NCBI RefSeq assembly: GCF_037042905.1
Contig: NC_087245.1
Location: forward strand, 10,232,001-10,296,000
Direction: 5' to 3'
DNA: 64,000 nt
Source: Lytechinus pictus
Lineage: Eukaryota
Part shown: one piece after another, positions 1 through 13,100 of the stretch
Layout of the letters: each line of letters starts with the position of its first letter
Numbering within the stretch: position 1 is the stretch's first letter
Program-made: the position numbers and the translations under genes
The notes under the pieces: generated by a model
What the model saw: the letters and a program-made list of their open reading frames with translations, nothing else
Told to the model about the DNA's origin: nothing
The model's database searches: none

Positions 1-535
1 TTGGACGACCTCCGGAATGTAGGGTCAACATCGACAAATACCAGCTCCATTGTCAGAAACTCATTTACGATCACGACTAACCATGTCAGTGAATGAAATA
101 ACGGACACCACGGAAGGAATATTAATAGGAAAGGACCCTTTACGCTGGGGCCAGTGTGTAATCGAACACAATAAGTCATTCGGTGAAAAAGCCTAAAATC
201 CCAGTTATCAACCCAAAACTTTGTAATTTTCATAACAGATTTTATCCACGATAAATGATGAGAAAACGGCTTCGAAAACTTATGCTTAATATGAGATAAA
301 AATCACATGCAGTCTTGAACGAATGTGTCTAATCAGACCTCTTCTTTCGACCAAGAATGCACGGCCGAACACTCTACGGAAACACCCTAGTATAGCCGCG
401 GGCACTATCCTCGGGTGCTCCCCTAGGGAATCAACCGCGGGCGTCTTCCCTCGTCCGCTCCCCTCAAATGTTCGCTACGGGCTACCGTGTTCTCCCTAGG
501 GGGCACTGTGACGTTTCCCGTGGCCGGCACTGTAG

Positions 536-995
536 ATCCATAAATTTTCAAAGTTATGATAGTAATTCAACAAATACCCCCAACTTGACCAAAGTTCATT
601 GACCCTAAATGACCTTTGACCGTGGTAACATGATCTCAAACTCGAGCAGGATGTTCACTAATACTTGATTAACCTTATGCTCAAGTTTCATGAACTAGGT
701 CCGTATACTTTTTAAGTTATGATGTCATTTCAAAAACTTAACCTTCAGTTAAGATTTTGAAAATAATTCTCCCAACATGGTCTAAGTTCATTGACCCTAA
801 ATGACCTTTTACCTTGATCATGTGACCTGAAACTCAGGCAGGATGTTTAGTAATACTTGATTAACCTTATGTCCAAGTTTCATGAACTAGGTCCATACGC
901 TTTCTAAGTTATGTCATTTCAAAAACTTAACCTTAGGTTAAGATTTGATGTTGACGCCACCGTCGGAAAAGCGGCGCCTATGCAGGCGAGACAAA
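536..995. mobile_element. Non-autonomous element with internal tandem units of about 190 bp (Helentron/HINE-like)
   Basis: Two copies of AAGTTCATTGACCCTAAATGACCTTT...CAAAAACTTAACCTT (about 592-745 and 785-935), with a GC-rich end followed by an A run. Confidence 0.55.
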
Positions 996-1392
996 AATCG
1001 GTCACAAAATAAAGAAACATTTTATGTTACTTTTTATGCATAAACTAACCTTGCATAAATTAGCATAAAAATTGTTCTAGTCAAAATTTCGAAATTCTGT
1101 GTAGAAAGTTTGTGAACCTCATGAAGCTCTACCAGATGGAAGAATAAAAATCAAAATCGGTCGACAAATAAAGAAGAAGTATTTTTTTGAATTTTGAAAA
1201 ATGTGCATAAATTAGCATATTTGATGAGTTTCGAAATTCTGTTTTGAATCCCCCACCTAGTGCTATCATATGAAAGCAAACAGAATTTAAATCAGACTTG
1301 AAATGATGAAGAAGACACATTTTGAAATTGTGAACGGACGGCGGACGCCACGCCACAGCATAAGCTCATCTGGCCATTCGGGCCGGATGAAC
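996..1392. mobile_element. HINE/DINE-1-like element end
   Basis: (GACG)n-like microsatellite at about 1335-1348 followed by the hairpin TCATCTGGCC-ATTCG-GGCCGGATGA. Confidence 0.55.
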
Positions 1393-2143
1393 AGAGACTC
1401 CAACTCTCCCGCTTGAGATTTAATATCTCCCGCCCAGGCTCTGTTTCTCCCGCTTGCAGATGTATTTTCTTCCCCTTAAAATGATCTTTCTCCCGCCCAA
1501 ACACCATTTAAAAACAGCAATTGAATGTTCATATCCAAGGTGAAGTAATATTTATTGTGTCTTTACTTGTTGCAGAAATGTATGATTTTGTAGATGCTTA
1601 TCAATTTCATATGCATGCATGAATAATGATATAAAAAGAAGTTTTATAAAACCAAAATGTATTATTTGATTCATTGAATTGTTATTTACTTTAACTGTCA
1701 GCCATCATAATATTGTGGCGAAAATAGAGGGGGGATGTGCTTCACAGGGGCTTTTCAATCCCACTGCTGCCACCAGTGTGGCGAAAATAGAGGGGGGGGT
1801 GGTGTTGTTCACGGGGCTTTTCAGTCCATTCTCTCTCTTTTATATCAACTATAGTTCGTGGGGGGTATGGGTAGTACTGGGAAAATGGGGTACGGGGCGC
1901 TTCTCCTTCGATCAATCCCTCTCTTGGTAGCGAGTGGTCAACAAAGCAACAGTGGGGCTGAGATCCACGTATTGTGTATGACATAGGTGCTAAACCATTG
2001 ACGACACGGAGAGCATTATCTTGCAGTGCAACTATATTGGGGCTCTATATAGCTCCCGTTTTATTCATACTACCAATCATACATGATGTAGTGTATATAC
2101 AGTGAAGGCCAATACCAATGCATTATGCACGGCCATATAAAAA

Positions 2144-2810
2144 GTGAACATGATAAATATAATCTTTGAATCATGGTGCCGTGATAACCATCTGCTATTC
2201 AACCCGAGGAAATGCTCCACCATGCAGGTTTGCTTCAAGAAAAATCTTCCTCTGCCAACTCAAGTGAATCTCAATAATGAGGAGCTGCGTGCTGCCAACG
2301 AGATGAAAGTGCTCGGGGTGATCATTCAAGGAAATTTTAAGTGGGACGCTTACATTCATGACATTGTATCGCGAGCCAACCGTCGAATGTTCATGGTAAG
2401 ATCTCTTAAAGGGTTTGCTCTTCCACTACGAGACTTGATTGTCGTATTCTCAGGATTTGTGCGTCCTCTACTCGAATACGCTTGCCCTGTTTTGCACGGT
2501 TCGCTGACCTCGGCCCAAAGCCAAAACATCGAAGCTGTGCAGAAGAGAGCCCTCAGAATCATCCTCGGCTCTCAATATCATTCATATGAGAATGCTCTCG
2601 AATCAGCACAGCTGCCTACCTTGAGAAGTAGACGTGATCAACTTTGCTCGGAAAGCTTTTGAATCTGGATGCCCATGGTTTTAGAGGAACACAAATACAA
2701 GGACACTAAGAACAAGAAGAATATGTATCGAACCTAGAAGTAGAACTGATCGCTACAGGAACAGCCCAGTCCCCTTCTTTACAAGACTTTTAAACTCCCA
2801 TGGACTGTGA
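2144..2810 (+). pseudogene. 5'-truncated LINE: C-terminal part of reverse transcriptase (CR1/L2/Rex1 group)
   Basis: WC..NHL.FNP.KC, KVLGV, VRPLLEYACPV, IEAVQKRALRII. After a frame disruption near 2660 it continues as EPRSRTDRYRNSPVPFFTRLLN*, a typical ORF2 terminus. Confidence 0.88.
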
Positions 2811-3232
2811 AGAACTATGATTTTATACCTTTGTTGTCTTATTTGTAGCTTCCCTTAAACTGTAACTGACTTTTGAAATATTTGTGTAAATGTTAATTTC
2901 TGCAGTAATCATTGAACTTTCTTACTGGCTCATAATGTTATAACCCAATTTACATATATATTTTTTGTCTGGCTCATAATGTTATAACCCACTTCACTTT
3001 AATATTTTTTTTGTACAGATCATATTACTTCAACGTCCTCTTATTTTTAATTTAATTCCTTTTGAGATAATTCTTTATTATTATCATTCATGACTCCGAT
3101 TCCTACAACTATTATTATTACCATCAACACAGTGTTTCTTAAAATCATTATCAATCATATCGAAAACAATCCCAACCCATTGCTATTAAACATGAAGATG
3201 TTGTAACTTGGAGAATTTGAATTTGTGTCTAA

Positions 3233-3657
3233 AGGCGACCGCACACCTTACTACTGCTCGCGATCCGATTTTGGAACAAATCGCATTTTGCTCATTTTCT
3301 GAAAATGTGAAAGGAACATATATATCACTTTATTTGAGGTTAAAATTTATTTAGAAAGAATACTAATTAATATAACAATTTTTAAAGATTGCAAGCCTTT
3401 ATTTTGGAGCAAAGCCCAAATTAGTTTCAAATCGTAGCCAATCGTATGACTGCTATGACGTCATTACGACTAGATATTAAATTTGCTTTTATTCTAAGAA
3501 AGATGATCGCATAGTCACAGATTTGAACATAGGTATTCATAAGATGATTTCGAACATTACACAAAAAGATATTTCAAGTCTCAATATTAGCATCACATTC
3601 TACTACATTTTATTCCAAAATTGAGTCGCGGACCAATCGTAAGGTGTGAGGTCGCCT
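3233..3657. mobile_element. MITE with TIRs GGCGACCGCACACCTTA / TAAGGTGTGAGGTCGCC (Kolobok-like)
   Basis: Imperfect TIRs of about 45 bp. TTAA at the right flank and TAAA at the left. Confidence 0.75.
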
Positions 3658-3963
3658 TAACCCTTATTAAACTCAACAAATTTTGTCACTACGCCGTCAC
3701 GCAAATTTTTTTTACCGCGCTGCTCGCTGAATTTTATTTTCAAGTCTTGCGCATCTTTTGAGACCAAATTTGCGACGCCCGGGTACGCGGTTCCAAAATT
3801 ACGCAACATTTTATAAGTGCATGTCAGACCAAAATTGCTCAAAAACGTGATTCCGTGTACAAAGTCAATGCGAATTGTGTTTTTCAACCAAAAATCATTA
3901 ATATATGCTTATTTTTACTTTTGTTGGTTTCAATGGATTTATTTCATGCTATTTATGATCGCA

Positions 3964-4432
3964 TACATTCGTAATTCCGAAGCTTCGTTATTCCGAAGGT
4001 TCTTTATTCCGAAGGTTCGTAATTCTGAAGGTTCGTTAGTCCGAAAGCGAAATGAGGTTCGTTATTCCAAAGGTTCGTTAATCCGAAAAAGAAATGAGGT
4101 TCGTAATTCCGAAGGTTCGTTAGTCCGAAAACTAAATGATTAACTAACCTTATTTCGTTTTCGGACTAACGAACCTTCGGAACAACGAACCTTATTTCGT
4201 TTTCGGATTAACGAACCTTCGGAACATCGAACCTTATTTCGTTTTCGGATTATTGAACCTTCGGAATAACAAACCTTCCGAATAACGCCACAAATGTTCG
4301 GATTAACGAACCCTTTTACGTTTTCGGATTAACGAACATCGAGGTATAGGCAATTTACATGTTTCGGAATTACGAACCTTCGGAATAAAGAACCTTCGGA
4401 ATTACGAACCTTCGGAATTACGAAGTGTAACC
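3964..4432. mobile_element. Foldback element built from TTCCGAAGGTTCGT repeats of about 16 bp in inverted arms
   Basis: Repeat orientation flips near 4140. Flanked by direct repeat ATTTATGATCGCA (3951-3963 and 4433-4445). Confidence 0.85.
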
Positions 4433-4830
4433 ATTTATGATCGCAAAAGGGTCCCTGACAAAGTTCATTGGAAAAAACAATAAAAAGAAAGGTTTGAAAA
4501 ACAACGAAATACATAAGAAATCAATTATATTTTTGCAATTTTTTGTAGGTATTTGTTAGAAATGTAATAATTGACAATCCAATCAAAAATGAGTATTTTA
4601 CTAGCTATATAAATTGAGTTTTAAAAGGCAAAAACATACACAAAAAAACATATTTAGGGCAAATTTCATATGTTTATTTGCATAATTAATTAATTAAAGA
4701 ATATAAACAATTAATTTTTTGAAAATTTTACTATACAGTCTTATTCATCCAGCTCTACGCGCGTGCACATTTTCGTGGCGATCAAGCGATCAGCAGCCGA
4801 GATCTGAGGGGGTCAAATTGACCCCCCCCC

Positions 4831-5401
4831 TAGCCAGGAGGCTTCTAGAGAGTAAAAATCATTTACTAATGTACGCTTACTCTCGATGAAGCCAGGTATT
4901 CCTTCCCATTCATCTGCACGAAGGGCCCCAAAACCTGAAACTTTCGCCCCCGAGATTTCTACTTTCCTAGTTTAGTTTACTCCAACGATGTTGTAAGACT
5001 AAGCCTGTTCATCGATCCAAGTAGAATATCTATTGCTGCTCTCCTTCAGACAAAATTAGAAGCGCTACTTATGTTGGCAGGTACGTTACAGACGCGTGCA
5101 TCTCGTACCGTTGGCGAAGAACAATAGGAAACAAGATGGCGGCGTAAACGTCGGGCAAGTCTCTTCTGTCTTTTCATAATATTTTTCTCATTTTTTTGAT
5201 GAATTCTTGTTTAAAAATAAAATCGATAGCATAGAAATGTCGGAAATGATTAGGGCTAGATCTTTTAGGATAGAAATCTCGGGGGCGAAAGTTTCAGCTT
5301 TTGGGGCCCTTGGTGCAGATGGATGGGAAGGAATACCTGGCTTCATTGAGAGTAAGCGTACGTTAGTAAATGATTTTTACTCTCTAGAAGCCTCCTGGCT
5401 A
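4831..5401. mobile_element. MITE with TIRs of about 130 bp and TAG..CTA termini (Academ-like)
   Basis: TAGCCAGGAGGCTTCTAGAGAG... matches the inverted ...CTCTCTAGAAGCCTCCTGGCTA. Inserted in a poly-C tract. Confidence 0.9.
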
Positions 5402-5970
5402 CCCCCCCCCCCCCCCCCGTATATACTGGTCTATACTGAAATAGGGTTAACGCCACTTGTTCACTGCAACCATCCTGCCTGTGGGGAATCTACAGGTAGG
5501 ACTATGGTATGCCAATGCTGTACATAGCACACGCTTTAAAAAATCATTAAAATATCACTTTTGTGACCAAAATTACTAATTTCCATACATTTGAAATTCA
5601 TTTTACATTAGTAACTTGGGAATAATTGTTGTATTCACCAGAGCGCTAAAAAAACTTGAATTTTGGGCATATTTTCGTGTACGCCCTCTATTGGTGGAAA
5701 GTAATATGGCAAGAAAATTTTCATTTTTCAATCTGTATTTTTAATAAAGAAAAAATAATTAAAAGAATCAAATTTACATAAGAGCCAAGTTATATGATGA
5801 ATAACTGTATTGGAAACTAACAGTGTAAGAAAATCAAGCATTTGTCCCATAGAAAAAGAGAAATAAGCCAAAATTGCCACCCTTTATTTTGCTACACATG
5901 GAGATGTAACTGAGAACAATTGCAAGGTTATATCATAACCTTGTTCATTGAATGAGTGGTTAACGCTATA

Positions 5971-7747
5971 TGGTCCAGGATAGAAGAGGCATAACCTTGT
6001 TTTTCCATATATACAATATTTTTTGATGGTTTCTTGTCAATTCGAGGGTGCTGATAACAAATCTTTAAGATGCCACTCGTGTAACTTTTAGCATTTTCTG
6101 CAAATTGGCAAAATCCAATATGGCCGCCAAAATATGCATATTACCCATGAAAATCATAAAATTGCCAGCAAATTTGCTATAAAATGTATGAAATTGTGTT
6201 GCACTAAATATCATATTCGTCCAACTTCAATAGCATTTTAATTCTCTTAATCTGTATTTCTTCTATTAACCATAATCCTATACTCTATCACTTTTTACTT
6301 TCTCACTATTACCTTTAATCAATCATATATTTTCAAAACAAATTACGACTTGAAATAAAAACCTAACTTTCACATTCCTTTCAAACCACAACCTTCTCTT
6401 AAAAAATTCAAATGTTCATTTCTTTCCCTATCTTGAATAAACATGTCAATCTACAACAAATTCTATTTAACTTAATCACACCCCCAAAACCCGTGGAATT
6501 TCCACGGGCTCTGATAGTAATACAATAAGGGCCCAAGGCGGCCATTTTCCATTTCAGAATGCAGCATTTATCACCTTAATGCACCAGATATGATATACCT
6601 CGTTAGGAACCATGGTTATAGGCAATATTTCACTCTTACATCACAATTATAATATGCAATACTTATAGTCCAGCAAAGCCAAATTCTGTCAAAATTATAT
6701 GTCTCAAAGTACAATGTACATAATACTTTTAGGCCCTATGGCAGCCATTTTTAATTTCAAAGTACAACATATTTACATATATTACCCCCATGACCAATAT
6801 TTTTACTCATACATCACAGTTACATGCATTTTATGATTCTCACTCTTGTAAAAAGTAGATTCCATAATACGCATGTAACATAATTTAGTTAGGGCTTGTA
6901 TCAGCTTTTTTAATGTCAAATACAGTATTTATCACTTACATGCCATAAGAAATGCTACATTTCATTAAAAATAATAATGTTTTCAAATACCGTAATGTTT
7001 TATCATACAACAGGATTTTATAGTCAAGTAAATCCAAATTCTTACAAAGTTACATGTCCCCATTTACATTGTAGATAATATTGTTAGGGCCTATAGGGGC
7101 CATTTTGAATTTCACAATACAGCATTTATCTCATGCATGACAAAATAAATGATACGTTTCGCTAGAAAACATGTTTTCAGACATTATTTTATCGGTGATC
7201 GCAATTACATGCATTTATAGTTCTTACTCTTGTGAAAATTAATTTCTCCAATCGCATTGTACATAATGTATAATGGGCCTATGGCGGCCATTTTGAATGT
7301 CAGAATACAGCATTTATCACATAAATTGCATTTCATTTCTTTTAAAAATATGATTTCAGCCAGTATTCCACTCGCTTATCTTAATACTAGTAATATGCAT
7401 TTTAGTACTCTTTCTTTCTTTTGTCCCCATTAACACTACATAATACTATCAGAATATCTTTTTTTTTTTTGTCAAAAATCGTTTTTTCAGAGTATTTCAC
7501 TCCTGCAACACAAATACATACATCTTATACCCGATGTGCGGGCAATTATATGATTTTCATGGATAATTTGCATATTTTGGCGGCCATATTGGATTTTGCC
7601 AATTTGTGGAAAATGCTCAAGGTTACACGATTGGCATCATTCAGATTCGTAATCAGCACCCTCAAATTGACAAGAAACCATCAAAAAATATTGTATATAT
7701 GAAAAAACAAGGTTTGGTCAAATGTCTATGGGGCCTATCCTGGACTA
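5971..7747. mobile_element. Non-autonomous DNA transposon with TIRs of about 200 bp and a 3-bp ATA TSD (Academ-like)
   Basis: T(G)GTCCAGGATAG / CTATCCTGGACTA termini, ATA on both flanks, and five internal subrepeats of about 185 bp (GGGCCTATGGCGGCCATTTTGAAT) between 6528 and 7320. Confidence 0.85.
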
Positions 7748-8238
7748 ATAGACTGCATTGAAGTACTGCTGGCATGACTGCGCCTGCACCGCTGCGGCAG
7801 CGCAACTGGCAACGACTGTCTGAGCTGTAACTTACTTTGGGTCTTTGTTAATTTGAGCACGTTAAAGTGCGAGGAAGTCAAAATCACTGTTTTGGTACTC
7901 TGAATCATATTATTAACGTTAGATCTAGTGGTTAACTCACAATTTGGTTCAAAAGTGACACTGGAGTTCAATTGTCTCCAGGGGAGTCCAGCTTGACTGG
8001 TGTAACGAGCAGTACTTAATGTCACAAGTGCAGTGCTTCCAATTACCGTACCCTATAAACCAAGTTCCACTTTTCAAACAAGAAACTTGATAGAATTTAC
8101 TCTGACACTGAAAGTTCCTAAATTTGACCATTTTACAAAATATCCTAAAAGAATTTCCGAATGTTTTCCAGTCTTCCAAAAGTTAAAATCCTCTTCTGTA
8201 CACAAAAAAAAAAGAAATATATAGGGCCCATATAGTGC

Positions 8239-8443
8239 CAGGCGCGGATCCAGGGAAGCAAAATTTAAAACAGAGGAGTGCCATCCCTTTTTTTTTGCTT
8301 GTCAATTTTGTTCGGGTACGAAATATACTTGTATATATTTGTGGTTAAAGACCTTTTTTTTTTTTTTTTTTGCTTATTTGTCAGTATTCCTCAAAAAAAG
8401 TTTGCCCCCGCCCTTTTGGAAAATGATCCTGGATCTGCCCCTG
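8239..8443. mobile_element. Short hAT-like MITE
   Basis: CAGGCGCGGATCCAGG / CCTGGATCTGCCCCTG inverted ends. TSD degenerate. Confidence 0.65.
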
Positions 8444-8517
8444 TGTAGAACCCAGAATTGAACCAAAAATTTGGCAAAAATTGTTAAGGGTGCACATATG
8501 AAACATGAACGGGCAAA

Positions 8518-8714
8518 GGCACGATAGCTCAGTCGGTATAGAGCGGGGCGGCCGGGTTTGGATTCCGGTGACCAGGGTTCGATACCCAAGTGGTGCGCTC
8601 GTGCCCTTTGGTAAGGCATTTATCCTCATTACCAGGTCCCTCGGAGAGGACCTTAAGCCATTGGTCCCCTGGTTGCTTTCAGGCATTCATGCTTTATTAG
8701 CAGTCAGGTAAAAT
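8518..8714 (+). mobile_element. tRNA-derived SINE
   Basis: A box TAGCTCAGTCGG, B box GGTTCGATACC. Body GTGCCCTTTGGTAAGGCA...GGACCTTAAGCC is shared with the copy at 55316-55535. Confidence 0.9.
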
Positions 8715-9529
8715 ACCTCGGTATGATGAGTTGCGAACGGAGTTGCGAGCAAGCGAAGGCGAGCGACCAAAAATTATGACATTTTAATTTTAAAATCCTA
8801 TTTTGTGATAGATTGACATAATATTCAGAAACTAATATCATTCCCGAAAATGATAACTTCCTGGAATTATCCTGGAAAATAGCCCCAGAAAATAGCAAAA
8901 CTTCCTGGAAGAGTGAAACTGAAGGAGTGGGCCAGGAGAGAGCAAAAGTGCGCCAAAACTGGTTTTTGGTCATGAAACAAATTTTGTTTTTCATGTTTTA
9001 AGCAAAGATAAGAACCTGTAGAATGTCTCCATACAATATTTCTCCATGAAATTGATCATTAGTTGCCCATTTTATTCAATATTACCGGAAAATGACTTAC
9101 GGCTACCGCATGTGAAATGACACGTTTTAGATATTTCACTGTTTTAACGACACGGATTGCTTAATTTATTTCTAATTCACGGTGCTTTTTGCTGAATGAT
9201 TGTTTTAAGTGATCGAAGATTTTCAAGATAAAATAATAATCCCTTCAGAGATCATTTTTGACGAAACCATTTGACAATGGGGGATTTAGCAATTTTTTTT
9301 TCATGAGCATTTCTTTTACAAGTTGCTGCTGATTGCTGTGCTGTAAATACCATGACGGTCTTTGTTATAGTTCATGCTTTACACTGATACAAAATTTAGC
9401 TGCATATACGTGCATTTTCTGGAGATATAACCAATTTTCCAACCACATTTCCGCCGTATTTATCACAAAAATCGTTCCATTATGCGCATGCCGAACGTTG
9501 CAGGTGACATTAAATCATAGAGCTATTAA

Positions 9530-10116
9530 AGGGATGGTCCGGGCTGAAAGTATTTATAGCTTAATAAATAGAGTATAATTCACAGAGCAAAATGCCGAAA
9601 ATTTCATCAAAATCGGATAACAAATAACAAAGTTATTTAATTTTAAAGTTTAGCAATATTTTGTGAAAACAGTCGTCATGAATATTCATTAGATGGGCTG
9701 ATGATGTCACATCCCCACTTGTTCTTTTGTATTTTATTATATGAAATTAGGTTTATTCAAGTTTTTTCCTCCAAGAAGTAGAAAAATTGGATTGACAACT
9801 GATTTAGTGCATTAGATATTTAATGCTGCAACTTATTTCATTATAAGAGAGACATATTATTCACACAAGTATGAAATAATGAAAAAAAATTTGATTTTAT
9901 GTAATAACATAAGAAAACGTAAAGTCCGGATGTGACATCTTCAGCCCACCTAATGTCATGAATATTCATGACGAATGTTTTCACAAAATATTGCTAAACT
10001 TTAACTTCAATAACTTTATTATTTGTTATCCGATTTTGATGAAATTTTCGGCATTTTGCTCTGTGAATTCTACTCTATGTATTTAGATGTAAATATTTTC
10101 AGCCCGGACCATCCCT
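9530..10116. mobile_element. Palindromic MITE with TTAA TSD (Kolobok-like)
   Basis: TTAA-AGGGATGGTCCGGGCTGAAA ... TTTCAGCCCGGACCATCCCT-TTAA, with inverted arms of about 190 bp. Confidence 0.92.
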
Positions 10117-13100
10117 TTAAACAAACTCCCCGTCGCGTGCTGGGAGAGAGAGAAAGAGAGAAACAAAGGTGTCAGTCAAAGTGATCCTCCCACCCCCTCC
10201 ATCCTATGATTGAATCAAGCTAGCCTAACAGTAACAAGATAACAATTACAAGATTTACACAAAAAGTTGTGGACCTGGAGTCTAATATATAAAGTCAAGT
10301 CCACCAGCACAACTTTCTTTTGACTTAGGAACTAGGACTAGGAGTAGGTCTAACGTTACTCGTTAGACTTAGACTTAGGCTAGAGTAAGTTAGACCTACT
10401 GTCATGTGTTTTTGTGATTGCGTACTCAGTCAAGTACGACTATGAATAATACTATATATAGGCCTAGACAGTATACCGGTAGTCGGTACCGTACTCAACG
10501 GAAGAAGAAGAGACCTAACTTAACACTAGTTGGTAGATCGAGTGTCTGGGCCTTACAAATTTATCTTACTTTCTTAGGCCGTTTACTTACTTGATGGGGC
10601 TTCAATCGAATACAAATCTTAAGCTCAGCTCTCAAACCAACTTTTCAAGCATTTGGCTTTAGGCCGGGCCTAATCTTCGATATGGCGATGCAGCATAACC
10701 ACGGCACGGCACCCTACTTTTAGTTTTACAACCTCGCTGGCGCTGGCCTTAGATCTAGCGAGCGCTCAGCTGGCGCGCTCGCGCTCTGAGTCGTGCCATG
10801 GGCGTGGTCCAACTTCGTTGGATGCATATGGCCTGGGGGAAATCCCCTTGCCTTTGGCTTGAGCTACGATAGGCTCGCAATTTGCGCTCGCATTAATGTT
10901 AATGGTTAAAAATATATTAACTGATGCATCCTATTTATAATTACAAAAGTGATTGAAATGCAGGGACCTGGGAAGCGGGGGTGCTGGGGGTGCGCTGCGT
11001 GTATTATTTTCCATAGGCAGCACCCCCACGAAATAAATCAGGTTCCCTCTCAGTTTGTATTTTTTATATATGTTATAATGTACATAATTATCACATCCGA
11101 CAATCGCAAATCATTTACATAGTCTTTCACATATTCCAATAACATCCCTCCTATAACGCGACTCAATCAAGCTCCGGCACTCCGATACAGACGTGGTCGC
11201 GCGCGATACGTGATAACCAAGCCCCCCGAAGCTACCGCCATTCTGTTAAATCCATTAGAAGCTAAAATAAGCCCTCATTAATATTAATTTCGTACGATGC
11301 TCCCTCGTCACACACCCACTTTAAAAACTATTCCGCTGCCCTAGCTGCCCATATGGCGAGTGAAACACGAGACAGTGTGCCCGAACCAAGGGGGGGGGGG
11401 GGGTGCTGAGCTCTAGATCAATTGGGGATTCCGCCCAGCTAGCAACAAGCTAGCTAGGGACACTGTTACACGCGCATTATGCGCAGATCAAGATAGGGGG
11501 GGGGGGGGGTGTCTGGCTCAAGTGTCTGGTCTTGTGACTGGTATCTGCCTCAAATATTTTCGTTAACATGCGTATAGACAAGCTTTCATTTCCACTTCCA
11601 CTAACTATATAATAATACATGTATAATTATATAGTTAATTTTGATGCCAAACTGTTACATCCGTGTTCCATATCTGATATGCTGTCATCCTGAGAAGATT
11701 AATTCTTGAGGTAAGATTCCCGGGGAAGATTTTGTTTTGTTGTTCATAACCAAGTAGGGGCTACTGTATATCGCTATGACACACATGACTAGGGAAGCGA
11801 TATGTTTCACGCGGTTTTCTGACAAAATATGAAAATGTGTATATGACAGAGCTGGGATATACGTGGGCTCTGTACATGTATAAGTTGCATTATCATTATC
11901 AGTATTTATTCCCCCCCCCCCAAAAAAAAAAGGATTTGTAACTTCACATACACGTATGAATTCCTTGGCTCATTCTAAATTTGCCATAAATTATTGCAAG
12001 TGTATATTATCATTTCAAAGATTGTTTGGTTTATGACTCTCATTGATTTTATTCACAGACTAATGGTAACATGTGACATTGTGATTAGTAGCAATTTTTT
12101 AAGAGTACAACAATCACAGCCTCTAACTCCTGATGTTCAAAGTATGCTGAAAGATCCTCTCACCAAAGGTGAGATAGGAGAAAGAGACTCTGATTCTTAA
12201 TAACTTTGTATACGCCGTTCTTGGTGAAATAGGTAGGCCTTGAAGGGCCTTGTACTGATTAACCTGCAGAGGACCCGGCCTCTATTATTTATCATTGGAA
12301 TCATTATTTTAAAGATTTCACTGTCCACTTCTGGTATCAATCCATTTTAATTCATGTAGGCGTGGTTAATCGTTGTACCCAGGGAATGAAAATACTCCTT
12401 TGCATTTTTTTTTTACAATTTCACTTTGAATTTTACAATTCCGGATTCATGGTAGGGCGCCCTCTTTAAGCGATAATCAAGTCACCAATTGAATTGTTTA
12501 TACCCCGTGAGCACATACTTTTCTTGTTTGTTTGCCTGTTTGTGTGTTTGCTGTATGCTAATATGCTTAATTATTGCTGAAATTTCTCTATAACTAGTTT
12601 CTGAAAATTTGAAACTTATTGTAGAATTAGAAACATGTAATTTCTGCTCAAATGTTAACAGCCAATCAGAAAACGATATCTTAACGACGTCATCATCATT
12701 TGAAAATACTTTTATTGAATTCTATGGGTGAAATTACCCGGGCACCTTGCTCAAGCTTCTCACCACATAGACTCACACACACCTCTCCTCGAATGAATTC
12801 ACTCAAGCATATATCTCAATACCAGTTCAATTAGCATTAGCCTAACAACCTGCACAAAAGAATGTGGTTATGCCCTGGATGCCCTAGGAATTACTGACTG
12901 CGCCTGTAGGTCAAGGCTTAAAACCCTATTTACCTCTGACACTAATAATTTCTAATACTGTCGGTACAGAAGCGCGAACCTATCATATATTGTTTTCGAG
13001 TTAGACCTAAAACACGGACATTCTATGTCCTGGCCTCCCAATGCCATGCCTTTTAAAAAGAATTAATTCTTTATCTGTTTCGAAATACAAGTGTAAATGA

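Larger units (their letters stand above)
3661..5446. mobile_element. piggyBac-like non-autonomous element hosting two nested insertions
   Basis: TTAA-CCCT at the left end and AGGG-TTAA at the right end. Internal GGGGGTCAAATTGACCCCC palindrome near the right end. Confidence 0.6.

Noticed and set aside
1..536. Tc1/mariner-like end (CACTGTA) with internal CCCTAGGG repeats
   Set aside because: The partner terminus would lie outside the window, so TIR and TSD cannot be verified.
3964..4432. CRISPR-like short repeat array (also 20925-21210)
   Set aside because: No unique spacers, degenerate contiguous units, eukaryotic context and no cas genes.
8518..8600. tRNA gene (also 55460-55535)
   Set aside because: A and B boxes are present but there is no closing acceptor stem, and both run into a shared SINE body.
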